Below are positions 19,632-28,278 of a stretch of 49,069 nucleotides of DNA, piece by piece; position 1 is the first letter of the stretch, and every line of letters starts with the position of its first letter. The position numbers and the translations under genes were made by a program. Source of the DNA: Candidatus Saccharimonadales bacterium (GTDB lineage Bacteria; Patescibacteriota; WWE3; UBA101185; UBA10185); contig DATIHK010000011.1 in the NCBI GenBank assembly GCA_035480775.1, positions 1 through 49,069 on the forward strand. Reading direction: 5' to 3'. Under the pieces are notes generated by a model. The model was not told the origin of the DNA. It ran no database searches and saw only the letters and a program-made list of their open reading frames with translations.

Positions 19632-19910
19632 TTACCTTGTAAAAATAATATAAAAAACCATTAACAGAAATATTGGATACGCGAATAATGCTTGCGGTTT
19701 TACACAATATAATGGACTATATTTTATATTATTAGTTTTTGAATATTGATAAAAATGTCCCAACTCTTGAGTTAATCCACCTAATATTAGCAAAACCAAG
19801 CTCTTTTCTACCAAAGCAAATCCAATTATTGTGAATCCTATAATATGAAATAGTTTATTTACAATTCCATTATGACAAACTATAAAATCTTTAAGATAAG
19901 TGTAGATCAT
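19632..19910 (-). CDS. Small membrane protein
   Basis: 92 aa with 3 predicted TM segments and native AT-rich composition. Confidence 0.5.
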   Translation of the reverse strand: MIYTYLKDFIVCHNGIVNKLFHIIGFTIIGFALVEKSLVLLILGGLTQELGHFYQYSKTNNIKYSPLYCVKPQALFAYPIFLLMVFYIIFTR

Positions 19911-19996
19911 TTACTGATCAATTGTAGCAAAAAGTTTGGCTGACAGTTTTGTACGCTATTTGAACTGTATATAAAACTTGCTGTTATACTTTGTGT

Positions 19997-20662
19997 ATGA
20001 AAGATTTTAATGAAATAATTCAACATTTAAAAAATGAGTACGAAAAAAATCCAAATGTTAAAGCAATGCTAATTACTGGAAGCGTGGCGAGAGGTGAAGC
20101 AGTTCATGGAAACGATTTGGATATTCTTTTAGTAACCTCTGGAGAAAAAATCTCTAAAGAATACTATGAAGGAAACTCATTAGTTGAAATTGGTACTATT
20201 CTACTCCCAGAAGGTCTAGAAAAGATAGAAAAAAATCCAATGAGAGTTTATATGTTCCTTGATGCAAAGGCAATTTTTGATAAAGAAAATTGTTTACAGA
20301 CACTGCAACAAAAAGCGCACGAAGTATTTGATAGTTATAAATCTTCGCAAGAAGATAAATCAAAATCGAAAAAATGGCTTTCCAGTGTTGTAGATAAAAT
20401 TAACGCATCAAAAAGTAATGGTGATATGTTGAAAATTGGATTTCAGGTGTCAAATGTTTTGTGGCCACTGGTTGAAGGATTATATTTAATAAACAACACA
20501 ATTACTCCAGCATCTACAAGTGCTTTTAGAAGAATTAAAACTTTAAAAAACATTCCACCCGATTTTGAGACTTTGTGGACCAAAATGCTGCTCGGTAATT
20601 TAGAAGACCGCACAACGGCTACCTTAAAATTAATTGAATTTGTTTTATCGAAACTTTCTTAA
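19997..20662 (+). CDS. Nucleotidyltransferase-domain protein (KNTase-like)
   Basis: GSVARGE....NDLDILLV Pol-beta-type NTase motif plus a helical C-terminal domain. Start moved to ATG 19997 (TATACT 6 nt upstream). Confidence 0.7.
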   Translation: MKDFNEIIQHLKNEYEKNPNVKAMLITGSVARGEAVHGNDLDILLVTSGEKISKEYYEGNSLVEIGTILLPEGLEKIEKNPMRVYMFLDAKAIFDKENCLQTLQQKAHEVFDSYKSSQEDKSKSKKWLSSVVDKINASKSNGDMLKIGFQVSNVLWPLVEGLYLINNTITPASTSAFRRIKTLKNIPPDFETLWTKMLLGNLEDRTTATLKLIEFVLSKLS

Positions 20663-20684
20663 TTAATAATTCAAAATTTAAATT

Positions 20685-20758
20685 TGGCTGGGGTGCAGAG
20701 ATTCGAACTCCAATAGCTGGGACCAAAACCCAGAGTCCTACCATTAGACGACACCCCA
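20685..20758 (-). tRNA. tRNA-Gln (anticodon TTG)
   Basis: The reverse complement folds as a cloverleaf: acceptor TGGGGTG/CACCCCA, anticodon stem CTGGG/CCCAG with loop TTTTGGT, T-loop GTTCGAATC, encoded GCCA end. TGcTATAAT promoter at 20792-20800. Confidence 0.9.
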
Positions 20759-20810
20759 ATAAATAAAAGACAATTGCTATAGAGCACCGATATTATAGCA
20801 ACAAAAATAT

Positions 20811-20853
20811 AAAAAAAGCAGTCGGTTGATGGAATTTTCCAAAAACCGGCTGC
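20811..20853 (-). terminator. Rho-independent terminator of cassette 4 minus-strand gene
   Basis: On the minus strand GCAGCCGGTT...AACCGACTGC (9/10 bp) followed by TTTTTTT. Confidence 0.7.
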
Positions 20854-20896
20854 CGAATCTAGCTGTTTATAACCGTATTTCGATGAGTCTAGCTTC

Positions 20897-21214
20897 CTAC
20901 CGACGCTCTTCGAGCGGTGGAGTGTATAGCACCTGCTGTTGAATTCTTTTGTTATATGGATCGGTGTAAACGAAAACGCACTGCTGATTGCCACGTCGCG
21001 AAATTTTTATACCTATGACATGCTTGTTTCCTTCTGGTCGAACAAGAGTGATTTCACCCTCTTCGACTATCAGCTGACTACTATGCGTATCAAGCCAATC
21101 GCGGGCTGGTTTTGTTGTCACACTCGCAATAATTCTTGAACGTTCGGGTTCCACAAAAAAATCGTCGGACACGAATGCGCCATTTGGCGTGTAGAGCGGA
21201 TTTAAATCTCCCAT
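20897..21214 (-). CDS. Hypothetical protein (GC-rich cassette 4), 105 aa
   Basis: GC-rich ORF with a GGGAG SD 6 nt upstream of the ATG. No family recognised. Confidence 0.6.
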   Translation of the reverse strand: MGDLNPLYTPNGAFVSDDFFVEPERSRIIASVTTKPARDWLDTHSSQLIVEEGEITLVRPEGNKHVIGIKISRRGNQQCVFVYTDPYNKRIQQQVLYTPPLEERR

Positions 21215-21326
21215 TTTAGGTCTCCCGTAGGTGTTGTCGGTTAAATTCTAATCTACTTTAGTATATTTAGTCAGAAAACTCAAATTTTTGATACAATGCT
21301 TGCAGCCATGGGTGGAAGGAGACTCA

Positions 21327-21551
21327 GTGTCACGTGTCGTTGTTTATCGAAGATTCGAAAACACTGAGGAGGTGCGCAAGATTTTTGGAGCACTTGTACG
21401 ACGGTCGTATAGTATCAAACTCGATCTAGAATTTGCTAATAACAAAATCTTGGTCGAGATGCTTAGAAAGATCGCCAGAGAATACCGTTTTTTGTGTACG
21501 ATAGATGGAAGATCTGGAACACTAAAACCAATCAGACGACGTCATAGGTAA
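21327..21551 (+). CDS. Hypothetical small basic protein (GC-rich cassette 4), 74 aa
   Basis: Start reassigned to the in-frame GTG at 21327, preceded by GGAAGGAG at 5 nt. TGaTACAAT promoter upstream. Arg-rich C-terminus. Confidence 0.55.
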   Translation: MSRVVVYRRFENTEEVRKIFGALVRRSYSIKLDLEFANNKILVEMLRKIAREYRFLCTIDGRSGTLKPIRRRHR

Positions 21552-21556
21552 CAAGT

Positions 21557-21592
21557 AGCCGAAAGATCCACCCTCTTTCGGCTTATTTTTTT
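21557..21592 (+). terminator. Rho-independent terminator
   Basis: AGCCGAAAG (21557-21565) pairs with CTTTCGGCT (21575-21583), followed by TATTTTTTT. Confidence 0.75.
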
Positions 21593-21606
21593 GCTACAAT
21601 CTTGAT

Positions 21607-22314
21607 ATGGACCTTCCAAAAATGTATCAGGTTAAGTTAGTCACAAAGTATATGCTCAACTCCAGAGACTTATTCGTAGAATATTCACTCGTTAATCCTA
21701 CTGAAATGCATTTTATTCCAGGACAATTTATAAATTTAAATGTTGCTGAAAACACTTATCGTGCATATTCTATTGCTTCTCCAGCTAACGAAATAATTAA
21801 ACTGGGTTTTGTAATTAGTGTAGATCAACCAGGAATTGGTGCAAATTATCTAAAAAATTCACAAATTGGTGATCAAACTAAAATTATAGGTCCATCAGGG
21901 CGATTTATACTTCCACAAAATTTATTTAGAGATTTAGTTTTTGTAGCTACAGGAACAGGATTAGCTCCCTACATACCTATATTTCATAAGCTTGTTGAGC
22001 AAAAATACCTAGGTAAAATTAAGCTATATTTTGGAGCTCGCAATGAAACCGAATTATTTTTTATTGATAAGCTAGATTATTTTAAACAAAATCTTAATTT
22101 AGAATATATAATTTGCCTTTCACAACCTTCAGCAGAATGGTCGCAACCTATGGGAAGAGTAACAGATCTATTTGATAAAAATGATGTAGTGAATAAACAA
22201 TTTTTCTTATGTGGTCATCCAGCTATGATTGACGATATGCAAAATGTTTTATTAAGCAGCAAAGTTGATAAATCCAACATTTTTCACGAAAAGTTTACAG
22301 TCAATAAAAAGTAA
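21607..22314 (+). CDS. Ferredoxin-NADP reductase-family FAD/NAD(P)-binding oxidoreductase
   Basis: RAYSIAS (RxYS FAD motif), GPSG, and GTGLAP NAD(P)-binding motif. TGcTACAAT 6 nt upstream of the ATG. Confidence 0.8.
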   Translation: MDLPKMYQVKLVTKYMLNSRDLFVEYSLVNPTEMHFIPGQFINLNVAENTYRAYSIASPANEIIKLGFVISVDQPGIGANYLKNSQIGDQTKIIGPSGRFILPQNLFRDLVFVATGTGLAPYIPIFHKLVEQKYLGKIKLYFGARNETELFFIDKLDYFKQNLNLEYIICLSQPSAEWSQPMGRVTDLFDKNDVVNKQFFLCGHPAMIDDMQNVLLSSKVDKSNIFHEKFTVNKK

Positions 22315-22321
22315 TTCTTTA

Positions 22322-22398
22322 TGGTGGGTCTAATAGGGATCGAACCTATGACCTCACGGATGTAAACCGTGCGCTCTAACCAGCTGAGCTATAGACCC
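22322..22398 (-). tRNA. tRNA-Val (anticodon TAC)
   Basis: Reverse complement GGGTCTATAGCTCAGCTGGTTAGAGC...; anticodon stem CACGG/CCGTG with loop TTTACAT; GGTTCGATCC T-arm; encoded CCA. Confidence 0.9.
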
Positions 22399-22403
22399 AC
22401 GCA

Positions 22404-22441
22404 GCCGATTTAAAATCGTCTGCATTTGCAGACAAATCGGC
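22404..22441 (-). other. Hairpin between GT39 gene and tRNA-Val (leader structure or weak terminator)
   Basis: GCCGATTT/AAATCGGC outer and GTCTGC/GCAGAC inner helices. It ends 5 nt before the tRNA 5' end. Confidence 0.45.
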
Positions 22442-22489
22442 GGAGTGTGTTCCCCTACCACTAACTGAACATTTTATCATACCACTCAC

Positions 22490-23890
22490 CTATTTCTTAT
22501 TCTTAGTATATGCACTGTAATTTCCAGATTCAGAAATTTTTGTATAATCAGGCGTTATCCTAGCCGGATCAGGTGAAATCATTAAAGTAGTATTTAAATC
22601 TGTGGGCAAAAAGTCTCTGGGAATAAGTTCGTAAATTGCATAAGTGTTTCCTGGGTCTTGAGGGTTATATAACTTTACATTTGAAGCATTTTGAAAATAA
22701 TATTTGCCAATTGTGTAATCTTCTGGTGAAGTAAATCCAATTTCATAAGGGTATTTTCCGTAAATAGTATATAAAGCTTTCATCCCCATATAATAATCAG
22801 GCCTAATAGCAAAGAGTAAAAATATGGCATATACACCAATAATTGAGTAAGCAACAAACTTCGGAAGTTTTGAAAGTAACAACGCTACTAATAGAATCGC
22901 AAATATAGAAGATGGAAATAAATATCTTTCAACATAAACTTTGTAAATTGAAAGTTTGAACAATAGCCCCATTGCAAATTGTGGAATAAAAAGTAAACAA
23001 AATGCCAAATAATACTCGAGCTTTTTATCTTTGTATAAAACATAAATTAATCCTATTACAAACAATACAAACAAAACACCTCCAATTGTCAAAACATCTA
23101 TATTAGAAGTAAAATATTTGTAATCGAGTAACCAATCAGCACCTGGCGATTTTGATTTAATTCCGAAAATATAAGAAATAAAGCTGCGTGGAATATTCCA
23201 AAAATCAGCTGGCCTAACCCAATCTATGTATTGCCCAGCAAGATTTTGCATTTTAACTTTGTGATAGGCATACACATACGCTAAAAATATTGGCAGAGAT
23301 ACGAAAAAAATGTATTTGAGTCCTTTTTTATCTACAAAAGATCGGCGAAATATAAAATAAACCATCATAATAAAAACAAAAAATGCTGACATATATTGAG
23401 TTACAGACAAAAGCAAAATAGCACATATAAACAACTTATCTTTTTTATCTAACAAAGCATAAAATGCCAATGCTGCCAAAAATCCATATAAAGCATAAGT
23501 TCGAGCTTCTATAGAATATCCAACAAAAAAAGGATTAATAGCGGCAAGTACACCGGCGATATATCCTACATATTCACCAAAATATTTGCGGGCTGTAAGG
23601 TAAATTAGCGCTACTGTAACGACACCTAATATTAATGAAGGAAGACGCAAAGAAAGGTCATTAATACCAAAAACAAATGACCAGGTTTTAATTAGCAAAT
23701 AATATAACGGTGGTGTATTTTCGTGCATCAATGCAAACCAAAAATCGTGTGGTTTTGCATACATTAAAATACCTGTAATCGCTTCGTCATACCAAAATTC
23801 ATACAAATTGATAAAGTGAAATCGTATTACCGCTGCGAGTATTAATATTATGAGCAGTGGAATATCGCGCTTCGCATTAAACTTATACAT
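22490..23890 (-). CDS. GT39/ArnT-like (PMT_2) membrane glycosyltransferase
   Basis: 466 aa and ~11 TM. The N-terminal FWYDEAITG loop motif is typical of ArnT/PMT-family lipid-linked sugar transferases. Confidence 0.75.
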   Translation of the reverse strand: MYKFNAKRDIPLLIILILAAVIRFHFINLYEFWYDEAITGILMYAKPHDFWFALMHENTPPLYYLLIKTWSFVFGINDLSLRLPSLILGVVTVALIYLTARKYFGEYVGYIAGVLAAINPFFVGYSIEARTYALYGFLAALAFYALLDKKDKLFICAILLLSVTQYMSAFFVFIMMVYFIFRRSFVDKKGLKYIFFVSLPIFLAYVYAYHKVKMQNLAGQYIDWVRPADFWNIPRSFISYIFGIKSKSPGADWLLDYKYFTSNIDVLTIGGVLFVLFVIGLIYVLYKDKKLEYYLAFCLLFIPQFAMGLLFKLSIYKVYVERYLFPSSIFAILLVALLLSKLPKFVAYSIIGVYAIFLLFAIRPDYYMGMKALYTIYGKYPYEIGFTSPEDYTIGKYYFQNASNVKLYNPQDPGNTYAIYELIPRDFLPTDLNTTLMISPDPARITPDYTKISESGNYSAYTKNKK

Positions 23891-23981
23891 GTTTCATATG
23901 ATACTACAAAACTTTGCGTTTGGGATTTGCTATAATCCAACCATAGAAGGTCTTTGAAAACTAAACTAAAAAGGAGCCACA

Positions 23982-24821
23982 ATGGCAACTGGATCAGTTC
24001 CTGCCGGTAGACATCATCTTCCGCCGCATGTAGATACATCTGCGCTGGTTGCTGTTGTCTTGAGTCTACTTGGAGTCTTTGTTATATCGTTGGGTGCTAC
24101 TTGGATCTTCACACGAAATTCAGGCGCTTCCTTGACGAATGTAGAGCCGACTCTTGCAAATATCGCGATTGTTAAGCTGTCGGATACACCAAGTCCAAGT
24201 TCGTCACCAAGCAGTACCAGCACCTCGACAAGTACAAGAACTCCCACCAAGACGGCAACAGCAAGCGCTACACCATCGGCTACACTTACGTCTTCGTCAA
24301 CAGCAACAGAAACGTTGACTGCAACACCTACGGATACTGCAACGCCAACTTCGACGGACACGCCAACATCTACCGCGACTAGGCCTAGACCCACTCGAAC
24401 GCCGGCGCCAACGGAAACTGAAACAGAAGTTCCTACCGATGTCTTCACTGACACTCCAGTACCAGTCGTGCAGCCAGTTCATGTTAACGAAATGCCAACA
24501 CTCGATCAGCTAGTAATGTGTATGGCAGGTTTTGACGGTTCTCCATACCAAGTAAGCCCTGGAGACTATCAGAACCAGTATGGACCACTGGACTTTGTCG
24601 ATGGAAGAGTTGTCCACTTTGTCGGTGGCGAAGTTTTAGACACCTCGGCGGCAGCGTCGTTAAATGTCCGATGGGTTCTTACCTCACCGGAACAAAGCAC
24701 TATGAACGCAGTTTCTCCGTATTCGGTGGATCAAGTTTTGGCAATTGCACCACACGGTTCATGGATACTAGGAAGGTCTGGAGCCCCTTGGTTAACCGTC
24801 GGATGCCATGCAGTTCCTTAG
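23982..24821 (+). CDS. Hypothetical membrane-anchored protein with Thr/Ser/Pro-rich linker (GC-rich cassette 5)
   Basis: AAGGAG SD. One N-terminal TM, a ~95-aa T/S/P-rich low-complexity linker, and a ~115-aa C-terminal globular domain of unknown family. Confidence 0.7.
   Translation: MATGSVPAGRHHLPPHVDTSALVAVVLSLLGVFVISLGATWIFTRNSGASLTNVEPTLANIAIVKLSDTPSPSSSPSSTSTSTSTRTPTKTATASATPSATLTSSSTATETLTATPTDTATPTSTDTPTSTATRPRPTRTPAPTETETEVPTDVFTDTPVPVVQPVHVNEMPTLDQLVMCMAGFDGSPYQVSPGDYQNQYGPLDFVDGRVVHFVGGEVLDTSAAASLNVRWVLTSPEQSTMNAVSPYSVDQVLAIAPHGSWILGRSGAPWLTVGCHAVP
24183..24464 (+). repeat. Low-complexity Thr/Ser/Pro-rich coding repeat
   Basis: Encodes DTPSPSSSPSSTSTSTSTRTPTKTATASATPSATLTSSSTATETLTATPTDTATPTSTDTPTSTATRPRPTRTPAPTETETEVPTD... 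Confidence 0.8.
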
Positions 24822-24842
24822 AGTAAGACTAGAGTAAAAAAA

Positions 24843-24870
24843 GAGCAACCATTTGTGCGAGTGGTTGCTC
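24843..24870. terminator. Shared stem-loop terminator between convergent genes
   Basis: GAGCAACCA (24843-24851) pairs with TGGTTGCTC (24862-24870). The A-run on the left gives a T-run for the minus-strand gene. Confidence 0.6.
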
Positions 24871-24876
24871 TAAAAT

Positions 24877-25224
24877 TCAATTTAGCTTTTTTAAGTAGAT
24901 TTTTATACCTTCAAGATTACCGTTATCATTAACAGAGTTAGAAATTAAAATAATATTATTCAGCGTTTTAGTTATAAATTCCTTTTCACTATAATCTAAA
25001 TCTAAATTATTTCTAAGTTTATTAGCAATTTGAAGTTGCTCCTTTTTCATTTTATCCATAAGCTCAGTATCAGCATCTTTTTCTACACCAGTATTTGATA
25101 CTTTTATATCTTTTAATAAATCAAATTTCGATGCAACATCTTCAAGATATTCTGCAATATCTAAATCTGAAATTTCGGATTTATATAATATGTTTTGTTT
25201 GGGATCACTAGTTATTGTAATCAT
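24877..25224 (-). CDS. Hypothetical protein, 115 aa
   Basis: Start trimmed to the ATG at 25224, 1 nt after the PIG-L gene stop (TAAtATG). AT-rich native composition. Confidence 0.5.
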   Translation of the reverse strand: MITITSDPKQNILYKSEISDLDIAEYLEDVASKFDLLKDIKVSNTGVEKDADTELMDKMKKEQLQIANKLRNNLDLDYSEKEFITKTLNNIILISNSVNDNGNLEGIKIYLKKLN

Positions 25225-25225
25225 A

Positions 25226-25969
25226 TTAGTCCGCAATAACGTATCTAAATCTTTCGTAGCGATTACCAGAATCATCCAATTTTGTAAAAAAATCTGCTGC
25301 GGCTTGCGCATCTTCAACGGTGTATTGAGAGCTATGCGCTGATAGTGCTTTCACCTTTGTATCAATATAATCTGTAACATCAATTGCAACTGTATCTCTG
25401 TGATCAAAATAGTCTGTAAATAAAAACTCAGCAACAATGTGAGACCCCAATCCTTCATTTTCTATCTGATGTGGAAAAAATAATAAATCTCTGCTATATG
25501 GATAAGCTGCGTCTACAGCAAGTTTTGCAGTATTGCGGTGATCGCGATGATTTATCCAGTTAACTCCTTCAGACCAGCGAATAATTATATCTTCTGGGTT
25601 ATGAGTTACTATAATTTCTGGCTTAAATTTTCGAACTATTCTAACTAATTTTTCTAGCGATTTTTCGTCATCTTCTATAGCTCCGTCAGGTAATTCAAGA
25701 TATACATTATTTTCGGCTTTGAGACCCAAAATAGACATAGCCATAATATCTTCGTTTAGGCGTTGGGTAGCTAATTCTTTTTCGGAAACAATTTCTTGTC
25801 GTGATCCTTTATTTCCAAAAGTCATCTTAACAATACAAACACTTTTTTTCGCAGCAACAAGTCGTGCAATGGTTCCGCCGGCAGATATTTCAGCGTCATC
25901 AGGATGAGAAAAGACAAATAGAATTTTTTGTTTATTTTTAAATACTTTGTCGAAACTGTCTTCAAACAT
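25226..25969 (-). CDS. PIG-L/LmbE-family N-acetylglucosaminyl deacetylase
   Basis: FSHPDDAEISAGGT and HRDH zinc-binding motifs characteristic of the PIG-L family. Confidence 0.8.
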   Translation of the reverse strand: MFEDSFDKVFKNKQKILFVFSHPDDAEISAGGTIARLVAAKKSVCIVKMTFGNKGSRQEIVSEKELATQRLNEDIMAMSILGLKAENNVYLELPDGAIEDDEKSLEKLVRIVRKFKPEIIVTHNPEDIIIRWSEGVNWINHRDHRNTAKLAVDAAYPYSRDLLFFPHQIENEGLGSHIVAEFLFTDYFDHRDTVAIDVTDYIDTKVKALSAHSSQYTVEDAQAAADFFTKLDDSGNRYERFRYVIAD

Positions 25970-25973
25970 AAAA

Positions 25974-26312
25974 TTATTTTAGAATATCCCAACCTTTAAT
26001 AGTAGGTCTTCCTTTAAACTCCTCAGGAACTTCTCCTTCAAATTCAATTTCAAATCTTGTTTTATCTTTTGTCCATTTTACTTCGAACCAAATATTATCA
26101 AAATTATCTAATTTACATTTTGAAGATAATCTAACAATAGTTCCTTTAACCGGAGTTGGATAGTCTTTTTCGCTTATTTCGTTAGTTAATGTATCGAATC
26201 TAATTCTTTTACTTCCTGTATAGTCATCTTTCACATAGTCAGTTCGCACCACTTCTAACTTTTTGCTTAATTCAAATGCTTCTTCTTGAGTTAGTACTAT
26301 TCTATATTCCAT
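25974..26312 (-). CDS. Hypothetical protein, 112 aa
   Basis: Clean ORF directly downstream of tRNA-Phe. No family recognised. Confidence 0.55.
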   Translation of the reverse strand: MEYRIVLTQEEAFELSKKLEVVRTDYVKDDYTGSKRIRFDTLTNEISEKDYPTPVKGTIVRLSSKCKLDNFDNIWFEVKWTKDKTRFEIEFEGEVPEEFKGRPTIKGWDILK

Positions 26313-26319
26313 CTTTTTT

Positions 26320-26395
26320 TGGTGGGGAGGGTGAGAGTCGAACTCACATAGTCGGTTTTTCAGACCGATGCCGTGACCACCTTGGCTACCGCCCC
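26320..26395 (-). tRNA. tRNA-Phe (anticodon GAA), atypical D-arm
   Basis: Reverse complement GGGGCGGTAGCCAAGGTGGTCACGGCATCGGTCTGAAAAACCGACTATGTGAGTTCGACTCTCACCCTCCCCACCA. Anticodon stem TCGGT/ACCGA with loop CTGAAAA. C5-U68 mismatch and a 3-bp D stem. Confidence 0.8.
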
Positions 26396-26417
26396 ACGCA
26401 GCCTGTATTTTAACACA

Positions 26418-27629
26418 TCAATTATTAGTTCCAGCCGTTTTAGGAATACTTATCAGCATATCAGCTTGTGGATACCAACTTCCATCGTCTTTTTGCCAAG
26501 CAAAACCTTTAGCACAAGGGTCACTGCTTTTAAAGATAAATGGCGTAATAGCAACAATCTGAGGATTATTTAGCCAGTAATATACAAACGCATCATGATA
26601 TCTAGCAGAAGTAGCTGACGCCGACAATAATCCACTTTGTGAATATTCCACACAACTGCTTTGGCCTTCTCTATGAAGCCACCCAGTTTCGGTAATAAAA
26701 ATTGGCAAACCGCTGATTCCAAAATTATTAGATAAAATTGCATTCTCCCACTTATAGTTAGTAATCGAATCGCGTGAATTATCTAGAATATAACCGCTAA
26801 AATTTGGCTGAGGATATGAATGCGTCGCCCATCCATCGACTTTTCCAAAAATACCTGGAACAGTTTTATTCATTTGAATCATATAGGAATCTTCACTCAT
26901 ATAACGATCTTGTGATCTGGCGCTGCTATTAAAAGCTCCGGCCATAACAAAAAAATTGCTGCTTTTACCTTTAAAAGCTTTTATTGCTCTATTTAAGGTA
27001 TCGGCATATTCGTTAGGCGCAATTCTTTGACACCAATAATCCTTGGCATTCATTTCGTTAAAAATAGTTACGTACCTATGAGTGCTCGGCCATTTAAGTT
27101 TATTTAGCATGTCGGCCAACCCAGAAAAATCCATTTTATCGGGGTTACACACATTATTATTTGAGACCTGAACAATTGGGATAAGTTTACTTTTTGAAGC
27201 AGCATCAAATAAACTCTGCCAGCTAGATTTGTTGCGATCTTTTAAATCCATTGTAAGTAACACCCAGCCCCAAGAGCCTCCATTACTATTTATTAATTTG
27301 GCGGCTGCCTTTATATCATCTGAGGAATTGTTTACATACATTCCAACTTTATTATTAGGAGTACCTCGACCATAAAACTTTTGGCCTGAAGCATCTGTAG
27401 TTCCTTGCCTTGGAGTTGGCGTTGGAGTCGGTGTTGGAGTAGGAGTTGGAATATCGGCTTGTGAAGTTTGCGTAGACTCAACCTGCGCTAGAACTCTGGG
27501 GGAAATTGGGGTCTTTAATGGTATTTTTAGATTGGCTTGGTTTTTAAATACAAAAAAAGTCGAACCAGAAATTAACAGCAACACTGCTGCAGTTATAATA
27601 ATTTTAGAAAATAGCGAGCCGAATTTCAT
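26418..27629 (-). CDS. Secreted clan GH-A-like glycoside hydrolase
   Basis: Signal/anchor, (TP)6 linker, FNEMN (acid/base) and IFITETGW (nucleophile) motifs. Confidence 0.6.
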   Translation of the reverse strand: MKFGSLFSKIIITAAVLLLISGSTFFVFKNQANLKIPLKTPISPRVLAQVESTQTSQADIPTPTPTPTPTPTPRQGTTDASGQKFYGRGTPNNKVGMYVNNSSDDIKAAAKLINSNGGSWGWVLLTMDLKDRNKSSWQSLFDAASKSKLIPIVQVSNNNVCNPDKMDFSGLADMLNKLKWPSTHRYVTIFNEMNAKDYWCQRIAPNEYADTLNRAIKAFKGKSSNFFVMAGAFNSSARSQDRYMSEDSYMIQMNKTVPGIFGKVDGWATHSYPQPNFSGYILDNSRDSITNYKWENAILSNNFGISGLPIFITETGWLHREGQSSCVEYSQSGLLSASATSARYHDAFVYYWLNNPQIVAITPFIFKSSDPCAKGFAWQKDDGSWYPQADMLISIPKTAGTNN

Positions 27630-27669
27630 ACTAATAGTGTGCAGAACTATTGATCAGATGTCAAAAATT

Positions 27670-28248
27670 TTACTTCGCAACCAAATGTCTAAAAAACTCC
27701 AAAAATTTGCTGTAATGAAGATATACTAGATATCCCTCGGCAATTAATAAACCGGGAAATACCACCCCTTTCTCAACAAAAGCGCCTGTTGTAATACGAA
27801 AAGCTTTAAAAGGCGGAATACCAAATCTAACTGGAACTGGAAAAAACCAAGGAACACCTTCTTTGGTAACAGTGTCAGCTATTAAATGTGAAAAATATCC
27901 AATCATAAAGGCCCACCAAACTAAATCCATATTTACAAGCAAAACTGTAGAAATTTTTGCCAATAAAAGTTTTAGCAACCAACCCACTAAAAATAATCCC
28001 AAAAGAGAATGCGAAATCATTCGGTGACTTCCTAAAAGCGGATGAATAATCCGACCAATTATAGAACCAGTTGGAATTTTATTCCAAAGAACTGAAGTCG
28101 GCTCATCCAGATCAGGAGCGACTCCGCCGAGCAAGTTTCCACCAACAGCAACTATTGCTGTGGCCAAGCTCATTTGTGGAATTGGTTGGAGTGTTAAAAC
28201 ATACGTTAATGCTGTAAATGCTGCTAAATCATGAGTTCTTCCGACCAT
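27670..28248 (-). CDS. Membrane-bound metal-dependent hydrolase (YdjM/DUF457-like)
   Basis: 192 aa. N-terminal GRTHD motif, internal HSLLG, 4-5 TM. TAGCAT 6 nt upstream of the ATG. Confidence 0.65.
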   Translation of the reverse strand: MVGRTHDLAAFTALTYVLTLQPIPQMSLATAIVAVGGNLLGGVAPDLDEPTSVLWNKIPTGSIIGRIIHPLLGSHRMISHSLLGLFLVGWLLKLLLAKISTVLLVNMDLVWWAFMIGYFSHLIADTVTKEGVPWFFPVPVRFGIPPFKAFRITTGAFVEKGVVFPGLLIAEGYLVYLHYSKFLEFFRHLVAK

Positions 28249-28278
28249 TCATATATGCTAGCATATGTGTACTGTCCG

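Noticed and set aside
20671-20994. 107-aa ORF. Similar cases: 26373..26573, 29396..29578, 29930..30205, and the N-termini of 29197..29511 and 30341..31009.
   Set aside because: Each runs through a tRNA gene (Gln, Phe, Gly, Leu/Leu, Gly, Lys respectively). The tRNA cloverleaves are far better supported, so I dropped or trimmed these ORFs.
20897-21551. Calling the divergent small-protein pair of cassette 4 a toxin-antitoxin system.
   Set aside because: The genes are divergent rather than co-transcribed, and neither sequence shows a motif of a known toxin or antitoxin family. I kept this only as a low-confidence hypothesis in the findings.
24014-24482. 146-aa and 61-aa minus-strand ORFs, and the idea that 24183-24464 is a tandem or CRISPR-like repeat.
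   Set aside because: They are antisense to the Thr/Ser/Pro linker, so the Val/Gly/Ser-rich frames are mirror images. The repetitiveness is degenerate codon-level low complexity, not regularly spaced identical repeats with unique spacers.
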